A stretch of DNA of 64,000 bases, taken from Pyrinomonadaceae bacterium. Its GTDB lineage: Bacteria; Acidobacteriota; Blastocatellia; Pyrinomonadales; Pyrinomonadaceae. The notes under the pieces are model-generated. The model was not told the origin of the DNA. It ran no database searches and was given only the letters and a program-made list of their open reading frames with translations. This document shows, in pieces, positions 1 through 5,844 of this stretch. Within the stretch, counting starts at the first letter, position 1. Each line of letters opens with the position of its first letter. Made by a program: the position numbers and the translations under genes. The DNA lies in NCBI GenBank assembly GCA_050747225.1, contig JBOGOP010000003.1, positions 7,893 through 71,892 on the forward strand, given 5' to 3'.

Positions 1-37
1 TCAAAGTCCGACGTGCTGCCAGTTGCACTATCCCGCA
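1..37 (-). tRNA. tRNA-Gln(UUG), 5' half only (truncated by window edge)
   Basis: Reverse complement reads TGCGGGA-TA-GTGC..GCAC-G-TCGGA-CTTTGA. This gives an acceptor strand, a D arm, and an anticodon stem plus loop with UUG. U1 is typical of tRNA-Gln. Confidence 0.7.
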
Positions 38-42
38 AAAGC

Positions 43-127
43 AAGGATGAAGGCGGAAGGATGAAGGATGAATAGACGGTGGGGAAATTCACGGAGCTTC
101 AGCCCTCATCCTTCAGCCCTCATCCTT
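43..127. repeat. Heptamer-periodic inverted repeat, unit GGATGAA
   Basis: Left arm 43-72 is AAGGATGAAGGCGGAAGGATGAAGGATGAA. Right arm 98-127 is its near reverse complement. Both arms are tandem 7-nt units. Confidence 0.9.
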
Positions 128-132
128 TGATT

Positions 133-228
133 TGGTCGGGGCACTGGGACTCGAACCCAGAACCTTGCGCTTATCTGGCGCTAACACCGCTTATAAGGCG
201 GCTGCTCTGCCGATTGAGCTATGCCCCT
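133..228 (-). tRNA. Atypical 96-nt tRNA-like gene, anticodon-position UAU
   Basis: Normal D arm (GCTC/GAGC), T arm (CTGGG-TTCGAGT-CCCAG), A73 and CCA. The anticodon arm GCCGC-CTTATAA-GCGGT is followed by a 25-nt extra arm that is itself a stem with a 7-nt loop (GCGC-CAGATAA-GCGC). Position 1:72 is an A:G mismatch. Confidence 0.55.
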
Positions 229-234
229 CGATTC

Positions 235-314
235 CAAGTCCAAAGTCACTGGTCCAAAGTCCAAAGTCGATTTTGACCCTGACGTTAGACTTTGGACGTT
301 GGACTTTGGACTGG
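235..314. repeat. Heptamer-periodic inverted repeat, unit CAAAGTC
   Basis: Left arm 235-268 is built from (C)CAAAGTC units. Right arm 281-314 is built from GACTTTG units. Confidence 0.85.
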
Positions 315-319
315 TTTGT

Positions 320-393
320 TGGTCGCGGCGGAAGGAATCGAACCTACGTCGCTCGATTATCGATCGAGGGCTCTGCCATTGAGCTACACCGCG
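320..393 (-). tRNA. tRNA-Ile(GAU) with C33
   Basis: Acceptor CGCGGTG/CGCCGCG, A73, CCA. D arm GCTC/GAGC. Anticodon arm CTCGA-TCGATAA-TCGAG, so the loop has C at position 33. The T stem has one U:U mismatch. Confidence 0.7.
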
Positions 394-419
394 AAGAACA
401 GTTTCGAAACTTTTTGATT

Positions 420-495
420 TGGTTGACCCGACGGGACTTGAACCCGCACATCACGGCTTAAAAGGCCGCTTCTCTGCCACTCGAGTTCCGGGCCA
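420..495 (-). tRNA. tRNA-Lys(UUU)
   Basis: Acceptor TGGCCCG/CGGGTCA, A73, CCA. Anticodon arm GCGGC-CTTTTAA-GCCGT. T arm GCGGG-TTCAAGT-CCCGT. Position 8 is G rather than U. Confidence 0.8.
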
Positions 496-502
496 ACAAT
501 AA

Positions 503-582
503 GTTTCAAGTTCCAAGTTTCAAGTTTCAAGTTTCGCGGTCTCGCTAGAACAACTTGAAAGTTGAAACTTGGAACTTGAAAC
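503..582. repeat. Heptamer-periodic inverted repeat, unit TTTCAAG
   Basis: Left arm 503-534 and right arm 552-582 are almost perfectly complementary. Both are tandem 7-mers. Confidence 0.9.
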
Positions 583-590
583 TATTTATT

Positions 591-667
591 TGGCTGTGGC
601 GGAAGGATTCGAACCTTCGCATGGTCGGATTAACAATCCGATGCCTTACCAACTTGGCTACGCCACA
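591..667 (-). tRNA. tRNA-Asn(GUU)
   Basis: Perfect acceptor TGTGGCG/CGCCACA, G73, CCA. Anticodon arm TCGGA-TTGTTAA-TCCGA. T arm GAAGG-TTCGAAT-CCTTC. Confidence 0.9.
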
Positions 668-674
668 ATAAATT

Positions 675-775
675 TGGACTTAGGGCTTGGGTCTTTGGCC
701 TTTGAGTTTGCCAGCTACGCCGCGCCCTTGCATGTGAAGCACTTCAAAGACCCAAGACCAAAGGCCAAAGACCTT
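675..775. repeat. Heptamer-periodic inverted repeat, units GGTCTTT/CAAAGAC
   Basis: Left arm about 675-706 and right arm about 742-775. The central loop is about 35 nt. Confidence 0.85.
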
Positions 776-783
776 CTCTTAGT

Positions 784-864
784 TGGAGGCGATGAAGGGA
801 GTTGAACCCTTATCGTTCGGTTTACAAGACCGACGCTCTGATTATCCAATTGAGCTACATCGCC
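784..864 (-). tRNA. tRNA-Thr(UGU)
   Basis: Acceptor GGCGATG/CATCGCC, U73, CCA. Anticodon arm TCGGT-CTTGTAA-ACCGA. T arm AAGGG-TTCAACT-CCCTT. The D loop is unusually long at 13 nt. Confidence 0.85.
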
Positions 865-869
865 GGAAT

Positions 870-964
870 CAGTAGGCAGTAGGCAGTGGGCAGTGGGCAG
901 TAGGCAGCGGTTGGAAGTCGAGTGACTCTATCACTGCCTTCTGCCTTCTGCTTCCTGCTTACTG
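870..964. repeat. Heptamer-periodic inverted repeat, unit GCAGTAG
   Basis: Left arm 870-907 is (CAGTAGG/CAGTGGG)n. Right arm 932-964 is an imperfect complement. Confidence 0.85.
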
Positions 965-967
965 GTC

Positions 968-1041
968 TGGTGGAGCTAAGAGGAGTCGAACCTCTACGTC
1001 CTGCTTGCAAAGCAGGCATCATGCCGTTAGATCATAGCCCC
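968..1041 (-). tRNA. tRNA-Ala(UGC)
   Basis: Acceptor GGGGCTA/TAGCTCC with the G3:U70 Ala identity pair, A73, CCA. Anticodon arm CCTGC-TTTGCAA-GCAGG. Confidence 0.9.
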
Positions 1042-1048
1042 TTAAAAG

Positions 1049-1146
1049 AAGTTTCGAGTTCCGAGTTTCGGGTTTCGAGTTCATGAAGGATACTTGTAAC
1101 AGACGAAACTCAACCGTCTTGTTCCGGACTCGAAACTCGAAACTTC
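1049..1146. repeat. Heptamer-periodic inverted repeat, unit GTTTCGA
   Basis: Left arm 1049-1081 and right arm 1124-1146. Confidence 0.8.
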
Positions 1147-1154
1147 TTAAAGTT

Positions 1155-1232
1155 TGGTCGCGGAGGCGGGATTCGAACCCGCACCCTTTCGTTTATGAGA
1201 CGAACGCTCTTTCCAGTTTGAGCTACTCCGCA
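1155..1232 (-). tRNA. tRNA-Met(CAU), elongator type (could be Ile2/lysidine)
   Basis: Acceptor TGCGGAG/CTCCGCG (U1:G72), A73, CCA. Anticodon arm TTCGT-CTCATAA-ACGAA. It lacks the initiator C1:A72 mismatch and the GGG/CCC anticodon stem. Confidence 0.85.
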
Positions 1233-1256
1233 TCTGATTTCTCGTTTTTGGTTTAC

Positions 1257-1341
1257 TGGAAGCCCGCGGAGGAGTTGAACCTCATGCCTTCCGCCCAGCT
1301 CTAAGGTTCGGTTTAGAAGACCGGTGCCGGGAACGCGGGCC
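1257..1341 (-). tRNA. Aberrant 85-nt tRNA-like gene, anticodon-position UCU (Arg)
   Basis: Acceptor GGCCCGC(G)/(C)GCGGGCT, U73, CCA. T arm GAGG-TTCAACT-CCTC. Anticodon arm CCGGT-CTTCTAA-ACCGA. Only about 9 nt lie where a D arm should be, and a D-arm-like hairpin CCTT-AGAGCTGGGCGG-AAGG sits in the variable position. Confidence 0.45.
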
Positions 1342-1356
1342 GAAGGGCGAAGGAAT

Positions 1357-1438
1357 CAGGAGGCAGGAGCAGGAGGCAGGAGGCAGGCGGCAGGTAACCC
1401 CGGGATTCCTGCCTCCTGCACCTGCCTACTGCCTCCTG
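1357..1438. repeat. Heptamer-periodic inverted repeat, unit CAGGAGG
   Basis: Left arm 1357-1394 and right arm 1408-1438. It is followed on the plus strand by TTTTCTTTT. Confidence 0.85.
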
Positions 1439-1446
1439 TTTTCTTT

Positions 1447-1522
1447 TGGTGCCCAAGGAAGGACTCGAACCTTCAACCTCTGGTTTGTAGGACCAGCGCT
1501 CAGCCAGTTGAGCTACTCGGGC
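1447..1522 (-). tRNA. tRNA-Val(UAC) with C33
   Basis: Acceptor GCCCGAG/CTTGGGC, A73, CCA. Anticodon arm CTGGT-CCTACAA-ACCAG, so loop positions 32 and 33 are both C. Confidence 0.85.
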
Positions 1523-1527
1523 GAATC

Positions 1528-1616
1528 GAAGGATGAGGGCTGAAGGATGAAGGATGAAAAAAGCAGCCGGGCTTCTCGAGTTAATTTCATCCTTCATCCT
1601 TCAACCTTCATCCTTT
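1528..1616. repeat. Heptamer-periodic inverted repeat, unit GGATGAA
   Basis: Left arm 1528-1557 and right arm 1586-1616. Confidence 0.9.
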
Positions 1617-1621
1617 GCTTA

Positions 1622-1696
1622 TGGTGGTCGGAGTTGGAATTGAACCAACCTCTCGGGTTTTTCAAACCCACGCTAATCCATCTCAGCTATCCGACC
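1622..1696 (-). tRNA. tRNA-Phe(GAA)
   Basis: Acceptor GGTCGGA/TCCGACC, A73, CCA. Anticodon arm TGGGT-TTGAAAA-ACCCG. Confidence 0.9.
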
Positions 1697-1699
1697 GGA

Positions 1700-1798
1700 T
1701 TTGGTCTTTGGCCTTCGGTCTTTGGGCTTTGGGTTGGTTACGTCAATTGAAGAGTCCTGCCGAAACCACCTCCAAAGACCCAAGACCAAAGACTTAAG
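1700..1798. repeat. Heptamer-periodic inverted repeat, units GGTCTTT/CAAAGAC
   Basis: Left arm about 1700-1735 and right arm about 1769-1798. Confidence 0.85.
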
Positions 1799-1815
1799 AT
1801 CTTTTCGTCAGAAAC

Positions 1816-2394
1816 CTAAGACCTTCTTTCTTTGTGCACCTTCTCCATAACGTCACGATCGTCGTGCACGTCCATGAAGAGGTACTTGCGCCATTCAGCG
1901 CGTGCCTCAGCGTAGTGACAAAGCACGACGCGTTCGAGTTTCACGCGCAGCGCTGACTGCGAAGTCAGGAGCGGCATGCGCGCTTCACCCGGAGTGCGGT
2001 TCGCCTTGCGGTTATTACAAGGAACGCAAGCTGTCACTATGTTCACTGGCGAGTTATCACCACCACGCGAACGCGGCATAATGTGATCGAGTGTCAGCTC
2101 AGCCACACCTTTCTTTTCCGCGCAATACTGGCAGCGAAACTTGTCGCGCATGTAAATCCGCAGACGCTTCATGCCCGACTGCTCGCGGCGACGGCGAACG
2201 TTGATGTAAGTGCGTCGGCGAATCACCGACGGCACCGGAAATTCATCATGCGCCGAACGCAGCACGCGATCGCCGTCCCATTCCTCAACGAAGACGCTGT
2301 TTTTGAAAGTCATGATGACCGCGCGTGCAACACCGACAGTGCCGAGCGGTTCGTAAGTTTGATTGAGTAGTAGAACTCTGCCATTGAGTGCCAT
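1816..2394 (-). CDS. HNH endonuclease (Zn-finger type) embedded in the tRNA array
   Basis: ORF 1816..2448 trimmed to the ATG at 2394, which lies 9 nt downstream of AAGGAGG (2404-2410). The motifs are CQYC...LDHIMPRSRGG...N..CVPCNNRK. Confidence 0.8.
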   Translation of the reverse strand: MALNGRVLLLNQTYEPLGTVGVARAVIMTFKNSVFVEEWDGDRVLRSAHDEFPVPSVIRRRTYINVRRRREQSGMKRLRIYMRDKFRCQYCAEKKGVAELTLDHIMPRSRGGDNSPVNIVTACVPCNNRKANRTPGEARMPLLTSQSALRVKLERVVLCHYAEARAEWRKYLFMDVHDDRDVMEKVHKERRS

Positions 2395-2569
2395 CACCCG
2401 GCACCTCCTTTCGTTTGTTTTTTGCCGCGGATTAACGCGGACGAACACAGATAAGAAACTTCGAAGCAGGAAGTCGAGGCCGGCCTGGTCATTTCTGATC
2501 CGCGTTTTTCTGCGTTCGTCCGCGGCTGATTTGGATTTGGACTGCAGCTTAAGACTCCGGAATTGGAGT

Positions 2570-2697
2570 CAAGAGCGGTGGTGAGGAATGACTCGCTAGG
2601 TGCGAGTCCCGCTCTTGAGACTTGAGTAACGCAAACGGTTAGTTTGCGATTGCAAGTTGAGTTAGCTGCAACGATCGCAAACTAACAGTTTGCGTTA
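2570..2697. repeat. Two long hairpins in the leader between tRNA-Cys and the HNH gene
   Basis: Hairpin 2570-2618 pairs CAAGAGCGG with CCGCTCTTG and has an inner GACTCGC/GCGAGTC stem. Hairpin 2627-2697 pairs TAACGCAAACGGTTAGTTTGCGAT with ATCGCAAACTAACAGTTTGCGTTA. Neither is heptamer-periodic. Confidence 0.8.
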
Positions 2698-2705
2698 GAT
2701 AAAAA

Positions 2706-2781
2706 TTGGAGCGCGCGGTGAGACTCGAACTCACGAGTAACGGATTTGCAATCCGCCGCCTTAGCCGCTTGGCGACGCGCG
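2706..2781 (-). tRNA. tRNA-Cys(GCA)
   Basis: Acceptor GCGCGCG/CGCGCGC, U73 (Cys identity), CCA. Anticodon arm GCGGA-TTGCAAA-TCCGT. Confidence 0.9.
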
Positions 2782-2784
2782 CAC

Positions 2785-2862
2785 TGGAAGGATGAAGGAT
2801 GAAGGCGGAAGGATGAACAAGGCTTTTGCACCAACGAACTTTCATCCTTCATCCTTCATCCT
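2785..2862. repeat. Heptamer-periodic inverted repeat, unit GGATGAA
   Basis: Left arm 2785-2817 and right arm 2839-2862. Confidence 0.9.
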
Positions 2863-2868
2863 TTCAAC

Positions 2869-2944
2869 TGGAGCGGAAGGAGAGATTCGAACTCTCGATT
2901 CGAGTTTGGAAGACTCGCGGGTTTCCAGCTACCGACACTTCCGC
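2869..2944 (-). tRNA. tRNA-Gly(UCC)
   Basis: Acceptor GCGGAAG/CTTCCGC, U73, CCA. Anticodon arm CGAGT-CTTCCAA-ACTCG. T arm GAGAG-TTCGAAT-CTCTC. Confidence 0.88.
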
Positions 2945-2948
2945 AGGG

Positions 2949-3074
2949 AATTTCGGATTGCGAATTTCGGATTTCGGATTTGAAGATTGCGTGGCAGGAA
3001 TCCGGCCACCACTGAAATCACTTGGCATCGAAGCAAAGCTGAATTCGAAATTCGCAATCCGAAATCCGAAATTT
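2949..3074. repeat. Heptamer-periodic inverted repeat, unit CGGATTT
   Basis: Left arm about 2949-2981 and right arm about 3041-3074. The loop is about 60 nt. Confidence 0.85.
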
Positions 3075-3079
3075 GTTTT

Positions 3080-3155
3080 TGGGGCTCCTGGCAGGATTCG
3101 AACCCGCAACCTCGACGTTCGAAGCGTCGCGCTCTTCCAGTTGCGCTACAGGAGC
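3080..3155 (-). tRNA. tRNA-Arg(UCG)
   Basis: Acceptor GCTCCTG/CAGGAGC, C73, CCA. Anticodon arm CGACG-CTTCGAA-CGTCG. Confidence 0.88.
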
Positions 3156-3162
3156 AAAGGGG

Positions 3163-3286
3163 AATTTCGGATTGCGGATTTCGGATTTCGGATTTGAAAA
3201 CGCGCGCGAAGAAGACGGGTGCGGTCGAAATCAGCTTGCGACTTGCCAAAGCCAAATCCGCAATTCGAAGTCCGAATTCCGAAATT
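3163..3286. repeat. Heptamer-periodic inverted repeat, unit CGGATTT
   Basis: Left arm about 3163-3195 and right arm about 3253-3286. Confidence 0.85.
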
Positions 3287-3290
3287 TTTT

Positions 3291-3322
3291 GACTTTAGAC
3301 CTTGGACTTTCGACTTTGGACT
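3291..3322. repeat. Solo heptamer tract (GACTTTG-like x4), no local partner arm
   Basis: Sequence is GACTTTAGACCTTGGACTTTCGACTTTGGACT. The complementary CAAAGTC arms occur in other spacers. Confidence 0.8.
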
Positions 3323-3328
3323 AACGGC

Positions 3329-3402
3329 TGGTCGGGGAGGACAGAATTGAACTGTCGCCACGAGTTCCCAGGACTCGGATGCTCGCGTTACACCACACCC
3401 CG
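3329..3402 (-). tRNA. tRNA-Pro(UGG) with C33
   Basis: C1:G72 and A73 (Pro-like), CCA. Anticodon arm CGAGT-CCTGGGA-ACTCG. The acceptor has one U:U mismatch, and the D loop lacks a GG dinucleotide. Confidence 0.75.
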
Positions 3403-3407
3403 GAAGA

Positions 3408-3518
3408 ATTTCGGATTGCGGATTGCGGATTTCGGATTTGTTGTGAGGCGAATTAGACTTTTACTGGGTTCACGTCGGTTTTTCAATTTCGAAATCCGAA
3501 TTCCGCAATCCGAAATTT
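3408..3518. repeat. Heptamer-periodic inverted repeat, unit CGGATTT/CGGATTG
   Basis: Left arm 3408-3439 and right arm 3485-3518. It abuts the rtcB stop codon. Confidence 0.85.
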
Positions 3519-4697
3519 TCAACCTTTGACGCAGACCACCTGCTTGATCTCGGCAACGATCTTCACCAGATCGCTCTGGTTACGCATCACCGCCTTGATG
3601 TCTTTGTAAGCGCCGGGAATTTCATCCAGCACGCCTACGTCCTTACGACACTCAACGCCGTGTGTTTGTCGCGCCAAATCGTCTTTCGTAAAAGCCCGCT
3701 TGGCAGCGCCACGCGACATCTTGCGTCCCGCTCCGTGCGAACAGGAGTTGAAACTCTCCGCCCGGCCTCGCCCCTGCACGATGAACGATTTCGCGCCCAT
3801 CGAACCGGGGATGATGCCGTACACATCCTTGTCCGCGTTAATCGCGCCCTTGCGTGTGACGAAAACTTTTTCGCCGTAGTGATCTTCGAGCGCAACGTAG
3901 TTGTGATGGCAGTTAACTGCAATCTCAGGCTTGAAAGGCTGACGATGATTAAACATCTTGTTGAAGACCTTCAACAGACGCGTCATCATGATCTCGCGGT
4001 TCTTCATCGCGTAAGCTTGCGCCCACTTCAGGTCTTTCCAGTACGCCGCGAATTCCGGCGTGCCTTGAATGAAGTAAGCAAGATCCGGCGCAGGAAGTTC
4101 CGACAATGCCCACAAACCCTTGGCGGTCGAGATATGACGTTCGGCCAATTCCTTACCGATATTGCGCGAGCCTGAGTGCAGCATCAACCAGACGAAGTTT
4201 TCCGTGTCCAGACAAACTTCGATGAAGTGGTTGCCGCCACCGAGTGTGCCCAGTTGCGTCATCGCTTTCTTCCTGCGATCGCGTACGCCCTGGTGCAGTT
4301 CGCCGAAGTCTTTCCAGCCGTCCCAATCCGAGGCTTCATCTAGGGATTCTTTGTAGGCATTGAAACCGACCGGGATTTCTTCTTCGATCTTCAGACGCAG
4401 ATCCTTCAACTTGCCGTCAAGGATGCCGCTTCTGAATGGTGTCTTCACAGCCATCATGCCGCATCCGATGTCGACGCCGACTGTGGCGGGGATCACCGCT
4501 TCTTTCGTGGCCACGACCGAGCCGACCATGCTGCCTTTGCCCAAATGCGCGTCAGGCATCAGCGCAACGTGCTTGAACAAACATGGCAGACGCGAAACGT
4601 TTCGCAGCATCGCTTGCTCTTCAAAGCTGAACTCGTGACCGGCCCACGACAAGACCTCGGCGTGAGCTCCGCCAATTGGTAGTTTTTCGTAGGGCAT
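3519..4697 (-). CDS. rtcB: RNA 3'-phosphate/5'-OH ligase RtcB, embedded in the tRNA array
   Basis: 392-aa ORF carrying the RtcB blocks DIGCGM, GGGNHFIE, HSGSRNIG, CHHNY, PGSMG and SHGAGR. AGGAG lies 7 nt upstream of the ATG. Confidence 0.93.
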   Translation of the reverse strand: MPYEKLPIGGAHAEVLSWAGHEFSFEEQAMLRNVSRLPCLFKHVALMPDAHLGKGSMVGSVVATKEAVIPATVGVDIGCGMMAVKTPFRSGILDGKLKDLRLKIEEEIPVGFNAYKESLDEASDWDGWKDFGELHQGVRDRRKKAMTQLGTLGGGNHFIEVCLDTENFVWLMLHSGSRNIGKELAERHISTAKGLWALSELPAPDLAYFIQGTPEFAAYWKDLKWAQAYAMKNREIMMTRLLKVFNKMFNHRQPFKPEIAVNCHHNYVALEDHYGEKVFVTRKGAINADKDVYGIIPGSMGAKSFIVQGRGRAESFNSCSHGAGRKMSRGAAKRAFTKDDLARQTHGVECRKDVGVLDEIPGAYKDIKAVMRNQSDLVKIVAEIKQVVCVKG

Positions 4698-4752
4698 GTT
4701 GATTCTCCTTTCTTTAGAATAGTTAAGAACGTGAATTTGTAAATGACAGTTG

Positions 4753-4817
4753 CTGCCTACTGCCTACTGCCCACTGCTTCCTCCTACTGCCCACTGCCTC
4801 CTGCCTCCTGCCTACTG
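4753..4817. repeat. Solo 65-nt heptamer tract (CTGCCTA/CTGCCCA/CTGCCTC units) in the rtcB leader
   Basis: Tandem 7-mers with no complementary arm nearby. On the rtcB-sense strand it reads (CAGTAGG/CAGGAGG)n and contains three AGGAGG. Confidence 0.85.
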
Positions 4818-4822
4818 ATTCT

Positions 4823-4900
4823 TGGTGCGCCAGGTGAGACTCGAACTCACAATCCCCTGCTTAAGAGGCAGGTGCCTTAATCCGATTTAGCTACTGACGC
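4823..4900 (-). tRNA. tRNA-Lys(CUU)
   Basis: Acceptor GCGTCAG/CTGGCGC, A73, CCA. Anticodon arm CCTGC-CTCTTAA-GCAGG. T arm GTGAG-TTCGAGT-CTCAC. Confidence 0.85.
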
Positions 4901-4902
4901 AA

Positions 4903-5003
4903 GGTAGGACAGACATTTCTGTCTGTCCCTGTTAGTTGGGCAAACATGTCTGTCTGTCGCTGTTGTTCGAAAATGGTGGACAGGCAGTGAATGCCTGTCC
5001 TAC
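4903..5003. repeat. Composite REP-like element (GTAGGACAGACA..TGTCTGTCC ... GACAGGCA..TGCCTGTCCTAC)
   Basis: Two internal hairpins plus complementary ends. A second copy is at 28639-28742. Confidence 0.85.
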
Positions 5004-5004
5004 T

Positions 5005-5079
5005 TGGCGGAACTGAACGGACTCGAACCGTCATCGGCCTGGCTGACAACCAGGTGCCTCACCCCTCGGCCACAGTTCC
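5005..5079 (-). tRNA. tRNA-Asp(GUC)
   Basis: Acceptor GGAACTG/CAGTTCC, G73, CCA. Anticodon arm CCTGG-TTGTCAG-CCAGG. Confidence 0.9.
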
Positions 5080-5082
5080 AGA

Positions 5083-5230
5083 CGATTGCGGATTGCGGAT
5101 TTCTGAATGCGGATTGGCATTAGCTCGATGCTTGAAGCGCCTGGTCTTCGCAAATCTCGTGAGACGGGGTCTAAATTCTCCATCGAGTTACCATGCTAAT
5201 CCGCATTCGGCAATCCGAAATCTGCAATCG
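5083..5230. repeat. Heptamer-periodic inverted repeat, unit CGGATTG/CGGATTT
   Basis: Left arm 5083-5124 and right arm 5194-5230. The loop is about 70 nt. Confidence 0.8.
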
Positions 5231-5232
5231 TT

Positions 5233-5308
5233 TGGGTGGGTCGAAGGGAGTTGAACCCTCACCTTACGCGGTCACAACGCGGCGCTCTGCCGTTAAGCTA
5301 CGACCCAC
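5233..5308 (-). tRNA. tRNA-His(GUG) with encoded G-1
   Basis: G-1 opposite C73, acceptor TGGGTCG/CGACCCA, CCA. Anticodon arm CCGCG-TTGTGAC-CGCGT. Confidence 0.9.
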
Positions 5309-5313
5309 ACAAT

Positions 5314-5378
5314 GGGCGACAAGGAATCGAGCGCGACAATCACATTTCAAAGATGTAGTCACGTTCAGCATTCGCCCC
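5314..5378. repeat. 65-nt spacer repeat, copy 1 (tRNA-remnant-like)
   Basis: Shares GGGCGACAAGGAATCGAGCGCGAC ... ATGTAGTCAC[G/A]TTCAGCATTCGCCC with 5595-5651. The minus-strand RNA has GGGCGA/TCGCCC closing pairs, an ACAT-CTTTGAA-ATGT hairpin and a TCGATTCC T-loop-like motif. Confidence 0.7.
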
Positions 5379-5390
5379 GCAATCTTTCTC

Positions 5391-5468
5391 TGGTGCGCGT
5401 GGAGAGATTCGAACTCATCATGTCGCTGATCTTAAGTCAGCCGCCTCTGCCAGTTGGGCTACACGCGC
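5391..5468 (-). tRNA. Class-I (78-nt, short variable region) tRNA with Leu anticodon UAA
   Basis: Acceptor GCGCGTG/CACGCGC, A73, CCA. Anticodon arm GCTGA-CTTAAGA-TCAGC. There is no long variable arm, and the T stem has only about 3 good pairs. Confidence 0.7.
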
Positions 5469-5482
5469 AATCAATTCTCAAC

Positions 5483-5560
5483 TGGTACTCGCGGAGGGAT
5501 TCGAACCCACACTGTACAGTTCTTGAAACTGTCGTCTCCTGCCGATTGGACTACGCGAGC
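5483..5560 (-). tRNA. Class-I (78-nt) tRNA with Leu anticodon CAA
   Basis: Acceptor GCTCGCG/CGCGAGT (G1:U72), A73, CCA. Anticodon arm ACAGT-TTCAAGA-ACTGT. The variable region is 5 nt. T arm GTGGG-TTCGAAT-CCCTC. Confidence 0.75.
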
Positions 5561-5594
5561 AATAGCATGGTGTAGAGTGACGACTCTGATAAAC

Positions 5595-5651
5595 GGGCGA
5601 CAAGGAATCGAGCGCGACTTTGGACAATGTAGTCACATTCAGCATTCGCCC
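5595..5651. repeat. Spacer repeat, copy 2 (tRNA-remnant-like)
   Basis: Direct repeat of 5314-5378 with a diverged middle segment. Confidence 0.7.
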
Positions 5652-5656
5652 GGGAT

Positions 5657-5733
5657 TGGCAGGGATGACGGGACTCGAACCCGCAAATCAGCTGATTGAA
5701 GGTCAGCTTGCTTTCCATTTCGCATTCATCCCC
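5657..5733 (-). tRNA. tRNA-Glu(UUC) with C33
   Basis: Acceptor GGGGATG/CATCCCT (G1:U72), G73, CCA. Anticodon arm (A)GCTGA-CCTTCAA-TCAGC(T). Position 8 is A. Confidence 0.75.
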
Positions 5734-5737
5734 TGAA

Positions 5738-5841
5738 AAATTCGGATTTCGGAATGCGGATTTCGGATTTGTTTCGGCGGAGGCATTCCCTTAACCCGGG
5801 GATTTGCAAATCCGCAATCCGAAATCCGCATTCCGAAATTT
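5738..5841. repeat. Heptamer-periodic inverted repeat, unit CGGATTT
   Basis: Left arm 5738-5771 and right arm 5807-5841. Confidence 0.85.
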
Positions 5842-5844
5842 GAC

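Noticed and set aside
1155-1232. tRNA(CAU) as the initiator tRNA.
   Set aside because: It has a U1:G72 pair rather than the C1:A72 mismatch. It also lacks the three consecutive G:C pairs in the anticodon stem.
1257-1341. The aberrant long tRNA as tRNA-Sec. It has a possible 8-bp acceptor, a long extra arm, and the loop CTTCTAA, which is one base away from CTTCAAA.
   Set aside because: The anticodon is UCU, not UCA. The T stem is only 4 bp and there is no 6-bp D stem. No selA or selB genes and no SECIS context lie in the window.
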